Source: the human T2T-CHM13v2.0 reference genome, Homo sapiens
DNA: 64,000 bases
Assembly (NCBI RefSeq): GCF_009914755.1
Contig: NC_060928.1
Direction: 5' to 3' (one strand)
Shown: positions 13,336 through 27,600 of the stretch, in pieces
Position numbering within the stretch: position 1 is the first letter of the stretch
How the letters are laid out: the number at the start of each line of letters is the position of its first letter
Position numbers and translations under genes: made by a program
Notes under the pieces: model-generated
What the model was told of the DNA's origin: nothing
The model's input: the letters and a program-made list of their open reading frames with translations, nothing else
Database searches by the model: none

Positions 13336-15127
13336 GAGTGCACTGATGTGTATTGTTTCAAATACATTTTATTAAATTTAGTGTCAAATTGCTAGCTACT
13401 GTATGGCTAAATATTACATTTTTCCCCAGTGGGGCAAAGTTCAATTCAATTAGCTGCAATGAATATGTATTAGATCTCAATTCTCTCCTGTGATAAGTGT
13501 TGGAGGGAATTCAGAAATAATAAAAATATATCTCTGTTCTTTGGGATTTCAGTCTATTATTAACTAAGCATCTGGAGCAGTTACACCTATGAAACAGTTT
13601 GGTATGGCATGACAGTGAAAGCAGTAACAAGGTACAAGGGGAATAAAAAGAATGAGATCCATCAAATTGTTAATCCGGAAGGCACAGGGAGTGAGATGGC
13701 ATGTGACAGTCAATGGTTAGTGATGGGGTAGAGGCCCATATGCTCATGAGAGATTTGAGAAATATAAAGTCATTGTCTTTGTTTAAAAGGATGGTGTGCA
13801 GGTGGTAAATACTGAGAGGTGATCTGACAAGTGTTCATTCAAACTCTGCAACCTTGATTGAGACTGTGCTAGATGATATAAAAATACATATGCCCTAACA
13901 GGGAGGATAGGCAACCAAACAATTAATTTTAAAATTGTGAATTTACAAACTGTGGGTTATTATATGCTACAGAAGCCACACAGAGAAAGAGTTATTTGCT
14001 CTGTTTCAGAAAATAGAATAGAGAAGATGTGGGAAGGCAAGATAGTCCTTATAGAAAAGTGGTCGTTTTATTACCTGCAACCGTTCTGACCCGCTTGTCA
14101 TTCTATGTCTTCCTACGTCAGTCATGAGCTCTATTTGTTCTCATGTGCAAATCCCAGCCTCACTAGGATGCACTCCAGTTATCCATTAAGCACGGAGATT
14201 CCCATGAGCAATGGGACAAAATGACTATTGGACTTCTATCTCAACTGCTTGTGTAGAATGTTGCCTTGTTTATTTTAAGTCCCAGATTCTATTATTTTCC
14301 CTACTAACCATGGGTAGACTCTGGATCAGACTTCTCATTGAAAGACCTTTGAAATTTGCTTATACTCAATTGCCATTTCAGTCCCCTCTCTCACTAGATG
14401 TTCTTGACTGCTGTACCACTCTTCAGATTCATGATGTGCTGATAATACAATGTTTCCTTGCATTGTTATTTTGTTATATTTACCCTTATATTATCATGGT
14501 TTTTGATTAAAAGCGTATGTGTGTGTTTACACATAAACATTTTTTTTTCCTTTCTCAACTTTTTAGGGATATGCAGACTATATATTTCTTTTCAAGAGGG
14601 CAAGACTGTAAATAGATTGAGGGCAAGCATCATGTTCTGTCCAGTGTAAGAGAACATTCTGAGAACCTAGCCGGACATCAGGTATACATTGAAAGATATT
14701 AGTTGAAATTATAGGTAGAGCTGTCATGATGACATGAGTAGGTAATATTTTGAGAAGTTTGGTGGTATGATATTAGAAGAGAAATGATTCTTCTCTTCTG
14801 ATGCAGGGAAAAAGATTCCCAAAATCTGCAAGCGAAGAATTGGGTAGAGGAATTATTCAGTTTAGGATCTGGTCTGGAGATATACAGATTTACATTTACT
14901 GTTTGGCCTTTTTTACATGGTTGAATACCATATGAATTTTAAATATTAGTAAAATATCCAAAATTACTTTTGATAGAGGAAAATGTATTGCACTATATAT
15001 TCTTCTTTGAATAGAGAACTTTGTCAAGTAAGAGAATAAAAAATACAGGATGATTTCTATTAAACATACAGTATTCAAAAGCTATGTGAGGGAATCCAGC
15101 TAGTGTGATTATGTCAAAAGGGAAGAT

Positions 15128-15264
15128 AGCTGGTCTGAAGGTAATGAGTTATCTCAACTGATTGGTCATGGCCAATTACAGACAGAACTCCTTATTTTAC
15201 TTCCCCACCCCCCGACTACTGCACTTGACTAGTCAAAAAATAAAACAAACACCAAAACCAAACT
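15128..15264 (+). pseudogene. RNY1 (Y1 RNA) processed pseudogene with A-rich tail
   Basis: agctggtctgaaggtaatgagttatctcaactgattg...ctactgcacttgactagtc (15128-15234) matches hY1 as I recall it (GGCTGGTCCGAAGGTAGTGAGTTATCTCAATTGATTG...CTACTGCACTTGACTAGTC). A-rich tail at 15235-15264. TSD aaagggaagatag (15117-15129) / aaagggaagacag (15265-15277). Confidence 0.93.
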
Positions 15265-15794
15265 AAAGGGAAGACAGTCTTTTCCTAGCTTGGCATTAGT
15301 TGGATGGTTTATATAAATGTGAAACTTTTAGAACTCATTTGAAAAAAAAAATTTAGTAAAGCAAAAAGAAGTTTTTCAAATAGTTAAAAAATTTAAAAGA
15401 CTGAAATTATCAAATCATTTTTCACAACAATAAAAATTGTATACAAGGCAAACTATGTACATATATGTGGGTGTCCTTAGGAATAAATGCATAATTTCAA
15501 AGACATGGAATTTGTAAGTGTTAGTCATGTTCTCACCTGTAATAAAGCAATGTGTTAATGAAATTGGGTGCTTATATATATTTATATATAATTTCTTAGT
15601 TTGAGAGAAGCAAATAGAAGTGAATATATGTAGCCACTTTTTAATATTTGTATTCAGCTATAATTCCTCCTGATTTGCTCCTCGTTTTAGAGTGATGTAC
15701 TGGGAATGGAATCCTAAAATTAAACTTATTTTAGATTAAATCATACCATGTTAGTTTAATTTTTTTTATTTTTTCAATTCTATATCAATATAGC

Positions 15795-16102
<308 letters not shown>

Positions 16103-16744
16103 TGTAGCTTATTTTTTAAAACTAGATTTGATTTTGGAATTGCAACGATTATGGATTATTATATTCACTACTTATTATCTCATCACTGTTTAGTTTGCAG
16201 AAAGGCTTACTTAATATTTCATTTATATGTTCCCCTATTGATAGTTCCTGGAAAACTTTTAATGCTGGCCATTAATTTAACATATATTTGCTTAGAGTCT
16301 ACTGTGCATTACAATCATTCTAGATTTCAAGGATGCAAAAGTGAGCAGAAACAGTTGTCCGTTGTTGATGGACTGATGGAGGTTCTTGAAACTTGCTTAT
16401 TTTTTGCTTACTTTTGTGGATGTTCCTATTCCTTCTCTCTCTCTCTCTCTCTCTTTCTCTCTTCTCTCCACCCCATGTGTGCCCTCACTCTAGCTTCCCC
16501 TCTTTCATCCTCCCTCTTGCTACAAATTAAATGTAGTTTTTTTCAAATACCTTTTCTTGGACTTTTTTCTCTCTATAGTGATTCTTGTAGTAATCTTATA
16601 GCATCATCTGTCACATTTATGTTGATCTCTTTTTACTTCTGTCTCTTCTTCAGCATCACAATCTGTTTATGTGCTGGACCTGGAAATTTAGCCCCCCGTG
16701 AATTTCAACTTCACCCTGTCTATTAAGAAAGCCAGTTATTAATA

Positions 16745-17660
16745 ACGTATTTTAATAAATTATGATAAGCATATGATAAGGAGAAAGAATAGGGGACTTT
16801 CAGAATATATTAGAAGGGAACCCAAACTAGACTGTGGATCACCAGAGGAGTCACTAAAGGAGTCTCGGTGGAAGTGATATTTAAACTGCGATACGAAGGA
16901 TCGCTTGAATTAACTAGGCCATCTTCAGTGGTCAGGAGTCAGTTTTCTGAGCAGAAAGAGTAGTATGCATAAATGCCATGAGCTGGAAACGCATACAACT
17001 CTGTATAACTGAAGGAAGTGAGGTTTTTTCAGCTGATGCATGGAGTGCTGAAAGGAAACTGAGAAGAGACCCTGGAAGGTCAGCTTGGGTGTGAGAGTGA
17101 AGAGCACCCAAAGTAAGACTAAAAGTTTGGTAGTTCTCATACCAAAATGAGAAGCCATCAAGAGTTTTTATCAAATTATTGACTTTATCTTATTTGTGTT
17201 TCATAAAAAGCTTTCTGGCTACATGAAAAGAAAACAGAGGTTGGGGGCATTGCGGATTTAGAAATTGAGCATGGAGAACTTGGGGCCCTGGACTAACAGT
17301 TGATAGTAGAGTTGGAGGTACATGCATTGAGTGGAGATGTGTTGAAGATGTGGTCCTGGTATTTCTTGATGACGAATTGAATGTAGATGTGGAAGATGAT
17401 GGAAGAACCAAGGAAGATGGCTTAGTTTCTGCCTTGAGCAACTAAGTGGATGATGAGTTAGGGAACACCGGATGAGGAGTCATAACAAGAAGACAATAAA
17501 TTAGTTCAGGACCTTGTTAAATGTGAGGTCACTCTGAGATACCAGTGGAAATATCCAGCAGGCAGATGGATATGTGAACTGGAGCACAACAGAGTAGTCT
17601 AGATTAAAATTTGCATTTGGAGTGTAGTATCCATGAAAGTAGCCACGAGCTTGGATATGT
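16745..17660. mobile_element. L2 relic
   Basis: Purine-rich L2-like phrases (gaagtgatatttaaactg, aatgagaagccatcaagagtttt, cagtggaaatatccagcaggcagatggatatgtgaactgg). Edges approximate. Confidence 0.6.
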
Positions 17661-18107
17661 TGCCCAAAAGAATGTGGACTCTCTTCTCATCATTCAAGCT
17701 GAAAACCTCAACTTTATTCCTTGACTCCTCTTTCTCTTTTTTTCTTGCTTCCTATATGTAAATAAATGGTGAAGTCTTATCAGTTTTGCTCTCTATTGTC
17801 TTTCCTATTCATACCACCATTTCTGTTTCCAATAGTCTAATTAGGTTCTTGTTATTTCTGACGAGAGAGCTATTATATACTTGAGGATAGCAAGACTGGT
17901 TGCCAGGAGATTCATAGACTATTGCAGTAAGCTGGAGAGTTATGACTGCTGTTTAAACAAGATCATTAGCTGTAGGAAAAGAGGAAAGTATATTTAAGAA
18001 ATAAAGTATATGATAAAGTAATAGAAAATGAATATTTGACTAAAACTAGTATGGGAAACAGAAACGCCTTGAATATAACTAAATTAGAATTATCCTCCTT
18101 TATAGAT

Positions 18108-19415
18108 TTAACTTTTATTTTAAGTTCAGAGCTAAATGTACAGGTTCGTTATATAGGTCAGGAGTTCCCAACCCCGGGGCCACTGACCAGTACGGGTCTG
18201 TGGTCTGTTAGGAACCGGGACGCACAGCAGGAGGTGAGCGGCAGGCTAACGAGCATTACCACCTGAGCTCTGCCTTCTGTCAGATCAGCCCCTGCTTTGG
18301 ATTCTCGTGGGAGCGTGAACCCTATTGTGAAGTGAGCATGTGAGAGATCTAGATTGCGTGCCCTTATGAGACCTGCCCCACCCTGCTCTGTGGAACAATT
18401 GTCTTCCACAAAACTGGTCCCTGGTGCCAAAAAGGTTGGGGACTGCTGATATAGGTAAACTTCTGTCATGGGGTTTGTTGTACAGATTATTTCATCACCC
18501 AGGTATTAATTAAGGCTAGTACCCATTAGTTATTTTTCCTGATGCTCTCCCTCCTCCCATCCTCTGCCCTCTAATAGACCCCAGTATGTGTTGTTCCCTT
18601 CTATGTGTTTATATGTTCTCCTCATTTAGCTCCCACTTATTAGTAAGAACATGGAATATTTGGTTTTCTGTTCCCAGGTTAGTTGGGTAAGGAAATGGTC
18701 TCCAGCTCCATCCATGTTCCTGCAAAGGACATGATCTTGTTCTTTTAATGGCTGCGTAGTATTCCATGGTGTGTATGTACTATATATATATTTTTAATCC
18801 GGTCTACCATTGATGGGTATTTGGGTTGATTCCACGTCTTTGCCATTGTGAATAGTGTTGCAATGAACATAACATGTGCATCTTTACAATAGAATGATGC
18901 ATATTCCTTTGGGTATATACCCAGTAATGGGATTGCTGGGTTGAATGGTATTTCTGTTTTAGGTCTTGGAAGAATTGCCACACTGTCTTTCACAATGGTT
19001 GAACTAATTTACAGTCCCACCTACGGTGTACACATGTTATTTTTTCTCTGAAAGCTTGCCAGCATCTGTTATTTTTTTGACTTTTTAGTAATAGCCATTC
19101 TGCTTGTATGAGATGGTATCTCATTGTGGTTTTGACTTGCATTTCTCTAATGATCAGTGATATTGAGCTTTTTGTCATATGCTTGTTGGCCATATGTATG
19201 TCTTTTTTTTGAAAAGTGTCTGTTCATGTCCTTTGCCCACTTTTTAATGGTATTTGTTATTTTTATGTGTAAATGTGTTTAAGTTCCTTGTAGATGCTGG
19301 ATATTAGACCTTTGTCAGATGCATAGTTTGCAAATTTTTTTTGCATTCTGTAGGATGTTTGTTCACTCTGTTGATAGTTTCTTTTGCCATACAGAAGCTT
19401 TTCTTTAGTTTAGTT
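18108..19415 (-). mobile_element. L1 3' fragment (ORF2 C-terminus + 3'UTR; older L1PA-type), interrupted by MER1B
   Basis: Typical antisense L1 3'UTR (gggtttgttgtacagattatttcatcacccagg; gggtatatacccagtaatgggattgctggg). ORFs 18745-18993 and 18990-19193 give ORF2 C-terminal peptides ([33 protein letters not shown]). Confidence 0.9.
18159..18448. mobile_element. MER1B (hAT-Charlie) nested inside an L1
   Basis: TIRs caggagttcccaacc / ggttggggactgctg. Perfect 8-bp TSD atataggt (18151-18158, 18449-18456). Confidence 0.9.
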
Positions 19416-20792
19416 AGAATATAAATAAACCAGAAGTTTCCCTTTTAATTTTAGCATCGCAAATATGCATCAAATGTTATCAATTTATTTTACCACATTG
19501 CTCCACAAAGTCTCATCCACCAATTATAATTCTTCCAGGTAAAATTTACTGGAAGCAATTATTGGTAGAGCTGGAAATAGCATTTGCCAGACATTTTTCT
19601 ACACACTGTACATATATTAAATCATTTAATATTTATAAACATTCTATGAAACATCACATTTTACAGGTGAGGAAATGAAGAACACAAAGGTTATAGAGGG
19701 TATTTTTCAAGGTCATACAATTTGTAACTGTCAGCAATAGACTTGAACCCAAGTATTCTGGTTCCAGAATCTACACACTAATCCAGGAAAGTAAAGGACT
19801 GCGTATGTTTTAAGCACCTATTAACGTGCCAAGAACTGTGGAATATATGAAAAATACATAGGAGTCAATATGTAAATACACATAGTTTAAATAGCAGGTT
19901 GGGGGAAAAAATAACATACTCTGTAACTAGTTTTTTCAACCATATATCATAGAAAGTTAAGTTATTCAGTTGTTCAAAGTCAGTCAGTTTCCATGAGAGA
20001 TGGTTAAAATGAAAAACCTTCCTTATAGGTGAAATTTAGGGTGACCATTGCCATTTTTAATCAGATATCCCCAAAATTCACCTTTCCTTGACTAGCATTT
20101 AAGAAAGTACTGCAAAATAGTATATGCAAACATTGGCTTTGGTAACTTTTGCCAACTAACTTACCATAGTTTTAATCAGGGAAAATGGTGAGTTCATGTG
20201 TGGAAGTTCTACTCTGACTCAGGTAGGTAGAGATTATGAACAAAAAGGGAAAAGGCAATTTCCTACCTGATGGTGTGGAACTCTCTAAATCTGCCAGTCC
20301 AGTTTTTTTCCCCCTTCCGTTTAAGGTTTTATAAGACTTTCTAAATAGGCAATTTAGTATTTGTTACTAGTTTGGAAATTATTTTTCTGGAGCCATATGA
20401 AGTACTAAGTATTTATAGACAAAAATGTTGGCAAAGAATATAGAGGTTCTTGAAATGGCCTTTCACTGTGGCAGAAGAACTTGAATACATTCAAGTGCAA
20501 ATCCAGATTTGTAGAGAGTACTGTGGGTTTATGGAAATAAAGCATTTGATTGAAAAAGTCATTTTTTCCAGTATGACTTAGTGATTATTAAATAACCATG
20601 TTTTTAATCTGACTCACTGGAGGGAAGCTCCATAGCATTAGTGGTAAACAGTTTATGCAGTTAGAATATGAAAAAGACAAAGAAAAGCAAACTAAAAAGA
20701 CATTTTAGAGTAGAGTGGGAATTGAGCCAATGTGCCTGACTGGTAAAGTCTTTGGAGGGAAGCCAGGAAGTCTGTGATATTTCTCTAGTTAG

Positions 20793-20847
20793 GATATATA
20801 TATATATGTATGTATATATTATATATATGTATATATATATATATATA
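20793..20847. repeat. Interrupted (TA)n microsatellite
   Basis: Directly visible. Confidence 0.9.
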
Positions 20848-21604
20848 AAAATCATATTGGATAAAAAATGTTAACCCTTTCTATCAAATTTCAGACTTTC
20901 CTGATTCTGAAACTCAAAACTGAATGCAAATTAAGATTTTTAAAAAGTATGATTAAAAAAAATACCGCATACACACATGACATCTGGCAATGCCTTAGAT
21001 CTCTCTAAAATGTCAAGATGGGAAAATATCCAAAACTTTTTTTTTTTGAGAGAGAGAGAGAGAAAGAGAAAGTTGGCTTCTAGCCATAAGCCTGCCGAGG
21101 AATTCTTACGAGAATTTCTGGAAACTGTACTTTTTAAGGCAATCATGTTCTCCATGCTTTCGTGGCCTCAGATGTTACTTGAAGGAATTTAAAGTTTCAT
21201 CTATTTGTGCTTTGTTGCTGTACACCCTTTAGACTTCAGTGGTCAAGTTTCACTTTGGAGAACTGACAAAAGAAAAATATTGTGTTTGGCACTACACAAT
21301 CTTAGAATACTTTAAGAATGAATATGCCAAGGGAGAGTCATATTATATAGCTTGAATTGTATTTTTCATGCATGATATGTACATCACCTTATGTCACACA
21401 AATCTCTATCAGCCTTTTGCTTTTCCATTAAAATAAATACCCATCAGATACTTGATATAGATATTCTGTGGTTGGAGGGCTTAAGTGAGATGCAGTTTCA
21501 GGTAAATAACATAAAATCAGCAGACCTCTAATCTGAATTGAATGTGTTAAATCTTATCAACCTAGAGTTTTAAGGAAGAGGGAACAACCGTCTTCAGTGA
21601 GTAA

Positions 21605-21781
21605 TGGCGCGTGCATTAATACCAGTTACTCAGGAGGCTGAGGCAGGAGAATCACTTTAACCCAGGAGATGGAGGTTGCAGTGAGCTGAGATTGCCTCAT
21701 TGCACTCCATCCTGCCTGGGTGATACAGTGAGACTCCATCTCACAAAACAAGCAAACAAATAAATAAAAAAACAAAAGAAA
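21605..21781 (+). mobile_element. Partial Alu (right arm only)
   Basis: ccagttactcaggaggctgaggcaggagaatcac...gagactccatctc, followed by an A-rich tail. Confidence 0.9.
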
Positions 21782-21899
21782 TGGCCAAGAAGAAAAATGC
21801 CTAGCTTTCCTGCAACAATTTGGGAGATTACCATCATCTGTATTAATTCATTCATTCTGTTGTTTAATGAAAATGGCTAAAGTCTGGCCTTGCCATTGA

Positions 21900-22345
21900 G
21901 GTTTTTAAAAATTCTGGTAAAATATGCATAACATATAATTTGCCATTTTAATATTTTTAAGTGTATTATTCTGAGTCATTGAATAATTTCAAATTGCTCT
22001 GCAACTGTAGCCGTCATCTATCTCCAGAATGTTTTTGTTTCCCAAACTGAAACTCTCTACCCATTAAACACTAACTTTCCATTTCCTCCAATCGGCAAGC
22101 TCCAGGCCACCACTGTTCTGCTTTCTGTTCCCATGAAGTTGACTACTTTTGCTAACTGATATAAATGGAATCATACATATTTGTTTTTCTGTGTCTGGCT
22201 TATTTTACTTAGCATAATGTCCTCCAGGTAGATCCAAGTTGTAGTAAATGTCAGAATTTCCTTTTTTTTTAAAGACCGAATAGTATTCCATTGTATGTAT
22301 ATACTACATTTTGTTTATCAAAAATGGACACTTGGGTTCCTTTCT
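21900..22345 (-). mobile_element. Old L1M 3' end fragment
   Basis: ccaaactgaaactctctacccattaaac..., ataaatggaatcatacatatttg...ctggcttattttacttagcataatgtcctccagg. Edges approximate. Confidence 0.75.
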
Positions 22346-23163
22346 CCTTTTTCCATTGGGCGTATTGGGTTTTAATATTACACGTTTGTTATAAAGGCAG
22401 ATATAGGGTGATAGAATTCATACTAGATTTGGAAATAATCAAACTAGGCTTTGTTCTGCCACAACTAGGTAAAAATGTTACTTCTTTCTGACTTTTTGTA
22501 AAATCAGGATGGAAATATATTTCATATCATTGTTATAGCTAATAGCTATTAAGCACTTGTATGTTTCATACTGTGTTAAGGGCTTTTATATATTTCTCAT
22601 TGTATTCCGACAGGAACCCTACAAAGTAGAGACAGTTCCAAATTTCCAGAATGAATGTGAGATTGTGATACATATGACAAACTGCTTATTAAACTGTACA
22701 GCACCTAACAACATGAGGGATTATGCCTAATTCCCTACACAGTGCATGGCATACACAAGGACTCATGAGATGCTGTTGAAGAATAAAAGCAGCTCTACTT
22801 TACAGCCATAGGAAGCACATACATATTCAGCCATTTGAAAACAGTGTGTCTTGATGAAAGAGGATTGCAGTTGGATTAATATGAACAGTCACTAAAAAAT
22901 AAATGAAAACCAAACCTCTAAATCACGTATACAGACAATATTCGCAATATTGATAATATTCAAATTGTGTAAGGTAAACCTGATTACTCAGCAGAATTAA
23001 AGTTTCACTGGTGATATGGGGTGCAGGCAGTGTCATCTCTCTGACAAAATTTTTCAAATTTTCAAAATTTTCAAAGTTTGAAAATTTCAAATTGACAAAA
23101 ATTTTCAAAAAATTTCAAAATTTTATAGAAATCATCACAGTTCTCTTTATTAATCAGAGTTTA

Positions 23164-23490
<327 letters not shown>

Positions 23491-24372
23491 CTACTGATAG
23501 GCATTATTTTATAGGGTTATTTTATAGGGACTTAAAAATTTCTACATATCAAATATCTAACATAAATATTGGATCACATGGATATATATTAATTCTGCAA
23601 ATAATTATACAAATAATATTAAATATACAAATAATTAGTTATACAAATAATATTATACTGTGTATGCCTTTTTATAGAATTTCTTCCAAAAAGCAACAGT
23701 GGATAAGTTGGAGAGAGCCATGAAATTCCCCAGGAGAGTGGCTGTGAAGGGTGGCCAGGGATTGAGACATAGGGTATCTTCCTAGAGTCTATCCATGAGA
23801 AACTGACATGATTTCATGCCATCTGCTATAAGTGCTATAAGTAATAATATAGAAATAGTTGACCTCACAGTTAATTTATTAAGCAAATAGTGGAGAAGAT
23901 GCTAGTAATTTCTAGACCTTGTCTCAGGGGCTGTGAATATAGGAGGGGATAAGATAAAAAGTGGCTCTTTCATTGGAGTATCAATTGTGGGGAGAGATTG
24001 AATATCCTCAATAATATCTTAATTAATATATAAATATATATAAGAAATATATAAATTGAATAATTACAGATAGAGTTTTTTGTGAATAAAACTGAACAAA
24101 GTGATGTAATGGAGAATGATAGCAGTATATGGGGCATATTCTTTAGATGGGGTCATTTAGGGAATGTCTTCCTGTGACGGGGGCATCATAAACAACAATT
24201 GTTCAACTGCTCTATTCCATCAGGGTGGGAATCACATACTCATTGTTGGCTAGCGTGTCTGCAGTGCCTAGGACAGAACCTGGCACTTGATAGGCATTTA
24301 CTGAATATTTTTTGAATAAAAGAAGAACGAAATGGATGACAGTAAATAAGTCTTTTAAAAACGTTGAATCAA

Positions 24373-24688
24373 GGCTGGGCATAGTGGCTCATACCTGTAA
24401 TCCCAACACTTTGGAAGGCAGAGGTGGGAGGGTTGCATGTGCTTAGGAGTTCAAAACCATCCTGAGCAATGTAGTGAGACCTCGTCTCCACCAAAAAAAA
24501 GAAAAAAGAAAAAAGGAAAATTATCCAGCTGTGGTGGTACACACCTGCAGTTCCAGCTAATCAGGAGGCTGAGGTGGGAGGATCGCTTGAACCCAGAAGA
24601 TTCAGAATGCAATGAGTTATGCTTATGCCACTGCCCTCCAGCCTGGATGGCATAGAGTGAGACCCTGTTTCAAAAAAAAAAAAAAAAA
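24373..24688 (+). mobile_element. Alu (AluJ-like)
   Basis: Diverged full Alu with the J-type segment gaggtgggaggatcgcttga and poly-A. Confidence 0.92.
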
Positions 24689-27600
24689 GATGGATCAACA
24701 AAAGTGATATCAATAGTAATGACACTAATAACAAAAAAAATAGTGAAATCATGACTTGCAAGTATAAATCACTTTAAAAGATTATTTTAATAGAAAACAT
24801 GTTAATCTTTAGAACTACCTGAGGTAGTGTGATAGGAACTATTAACTACATTTGATGAATTTGAGGTACTTAGAACATATTACTGGTGAATGGGGAAGCT
24901 GGCTTAAAAAAAAGGGAGGGTCTTCTCAGACAGTTCTCTTTTTACATACGTGGCACAATGATTCATGATTTGTTATATTGTGAATGTTGAATGTGGAATA
25001 TTTATAGGAATGCAAATCACATTTCCTTTACACAATAGTATTAAACTGATTTCAAAGTGTTTTGATATATGCTTCTATCCTTACAATGGTCCAGTGAGAA
25101 AGAAAATATGATATTCATCATTGTAGACATGGAAATAAAAGTTAAGAAAAGTTGTCTTGATCAATATCATATGCAATAGCAAGTGGAAAACCCATGTTTT
25201 TAATTTAGAATTTAATACTAACAGTCTATGCTCTCATGGATGTTTTATGTAGTTTAATGTTTTTAAAAAACTCTAAGCCCGACAACTTCGCTGTTTAAAA
25301 TATTTGAAATAAAAATAGCTTTGCCATTTTTTAAATAAAACATTACCTTTTATTATAACAAAATTCAGAAAATACACAAAATAACAAAACAGGAATGACC
25401 ACCAGTTATCATTTAATGTGAATCATTGAACTCCTTTCTTTCTATAAAATTACAAAGTTGAAATATGTTTTAAAATTTGTGTAAAAGTTAGAGGATGATT
25501 TGATTTAAATCTATTATTTAAATTTATTTTTAGTCAAGTAATAATAATTCAGTGAATTGTTCAAATCAGAATTGCCATGATGCAGGTTTCACATACATGA
25601 AACAAGTTAATATGAGGAATATTCTTTCCTATACTTTCCTTTTTATGTTGTTTTTATCTTAATTACTCTAACAGAGACAAATTTCATCTAAAGAGATGAT
25701 ATCTAAAGGAAATGTAGAGATCAGAATATAGGACAGATTGTTTTAAAAAGTTTGATATTTATTATTAGGTGCCTAATAAATGCTCCTTCTAGTTTATGAA
25801 GCTTTATTTCTAAAACTATAATCTATGTTTATGTGTGTTTATTGAATATTTGTGTTCCGTTGGTAACAAATGAAATTTAAGTGTACTATTAAGTAATGCT
25901 AATACTAATATCAGTTCTATTTTGACAAACACTGTGCTGGCCACTATTCCATGTGCCTCACACACTTTTATCTCATTTAAATTTCATAAAAACCCTATGA
26001 CTGAGGTACTTTTCTTATCTAGAGATTACTTGATTGAAGAAACAGGGGCACAGGGAGGCAAAACAATTTTCCAGGGTCATACAGGTGAACATGAAAAAGC
26101 CAAAAGTAACACCCATCAATAGGGCTACGGCATTCATGCCTTCCTTTAAAAATTAATTGAGGGCAAGAAACCATTGTTTAATATGTAATTTCAAACATCT
26201 AGATGAAGAAAATATCTGTATTAGAAAATAATAAGGACTATGTATATATGATTTCAGACGATTTCCTATTTAAATAAATTAGGATAAATGACATATTTGT
26301 TATAGGGTGAAATGTTAGGGAAAATCTCAGTTTTAGTCACAGATCTCTACTAACCTTGAAATCAGATATACCAATTTAACTCTTTGGCTTGGGATTTTTT
26401 TATTCAAAGGCATCAGATGAAATGAGCTCAACAGTCTGCCGGTTCTAAAGTTCTTTGTCACCTTCTGTGTTATCACGTGGTGGTCTGTGAATCTTACAGA
26501 GATTGATGGCTTCAGTCTTCTCCAAATATTTCTCCTACATCCCTCGTTGTAAAAGGAAACTGAGTGTAAGGAAAGAATGTAAATCCGTAATCACATTTGG
26601 ATATCTTTGAAGTTGCAACACTCCAGAAATTTGGTGACAAGCAAATGCCCCTATTTTTAAAATGATGAAGCATCAGTGTATTAGTGTAAGTTGATAAGCT
26701 TGGAGATATTCCATAAGAGATTATTATATTCTTTGGAAAAAACTCAGGAGGAGAGGTGCTATCAATAAGAAGCCATCTTGGCTTCAACAGAAATAAATTA
26801 TTTGAATAGGATTCACGTCCTTATTCTACAGACATTAATTGCAAAACGACCCTTACTTATTTTTAAAGAAATTTGAAAAATATAATTCACATGCCACAAA
26901 GTTTTCCCTTTAAAGGGTACAATGTAGTTGTCCCACGTATATTCACAGAGCTGTTCAGATTGTCCCTTATTGAATCATTTTGCTTATTCAAGAGCATCTA
27001 ACCCAGTGAAGTATGCAGTGATAGTATTGCATCAATATTTGCTGAATTCTCCACTCAATGAATACAAGGTACAGCAAAAGAGACCAGATAATTCTAGCTA
27101 AACTCAGATGAAATAATTGTAAAATCCAGAATAATTAAGTATTCAGATATATTCAGATAAAGATTCCAGAAGGATACAAGTAAATGATAAAAAGAGCACA
27201 TTTATTTCTAATATTAGCTGTCATATTAACACATAGAAAAAAATGTAGGCTTGTTAGCATCAAGTAAGTTGCCAAATATGATATTGCCCCTTATATAACT
27301 TGAATAACTTTAGGTGTTACTTAAATTCGTAGGCACATATTGGCATCTTCAGAGCAAGATGAATTAACACTCTGGAGTTTTTATTTTATTTATTTAAAAA
27401 TAGATTATCACTTGAGAAAAGACAGCATCATAACATTTAGTGACAAAGTGTGAAATTTTCCTACAGGTCTTAGTGATTTAGCAACCACAAAACCAAAGAA
27501 AGGAGAGTTTAATCATTATTTTAGGTTCCCTCATGGTGACTCTAAATTGTAAGTAAGAATAGCAAGAACGTTTTCACTGGCAACCTTCTTTATCTTAAAA

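Noticed and set aside
16151-16726. Longest ORF in the track (191 aa)
   Set aside because: Leu/Ser/Phe-rich translation of pyrimidine-rich intronic DNA including a (CT)n repeat. It has no domain and no splice context.
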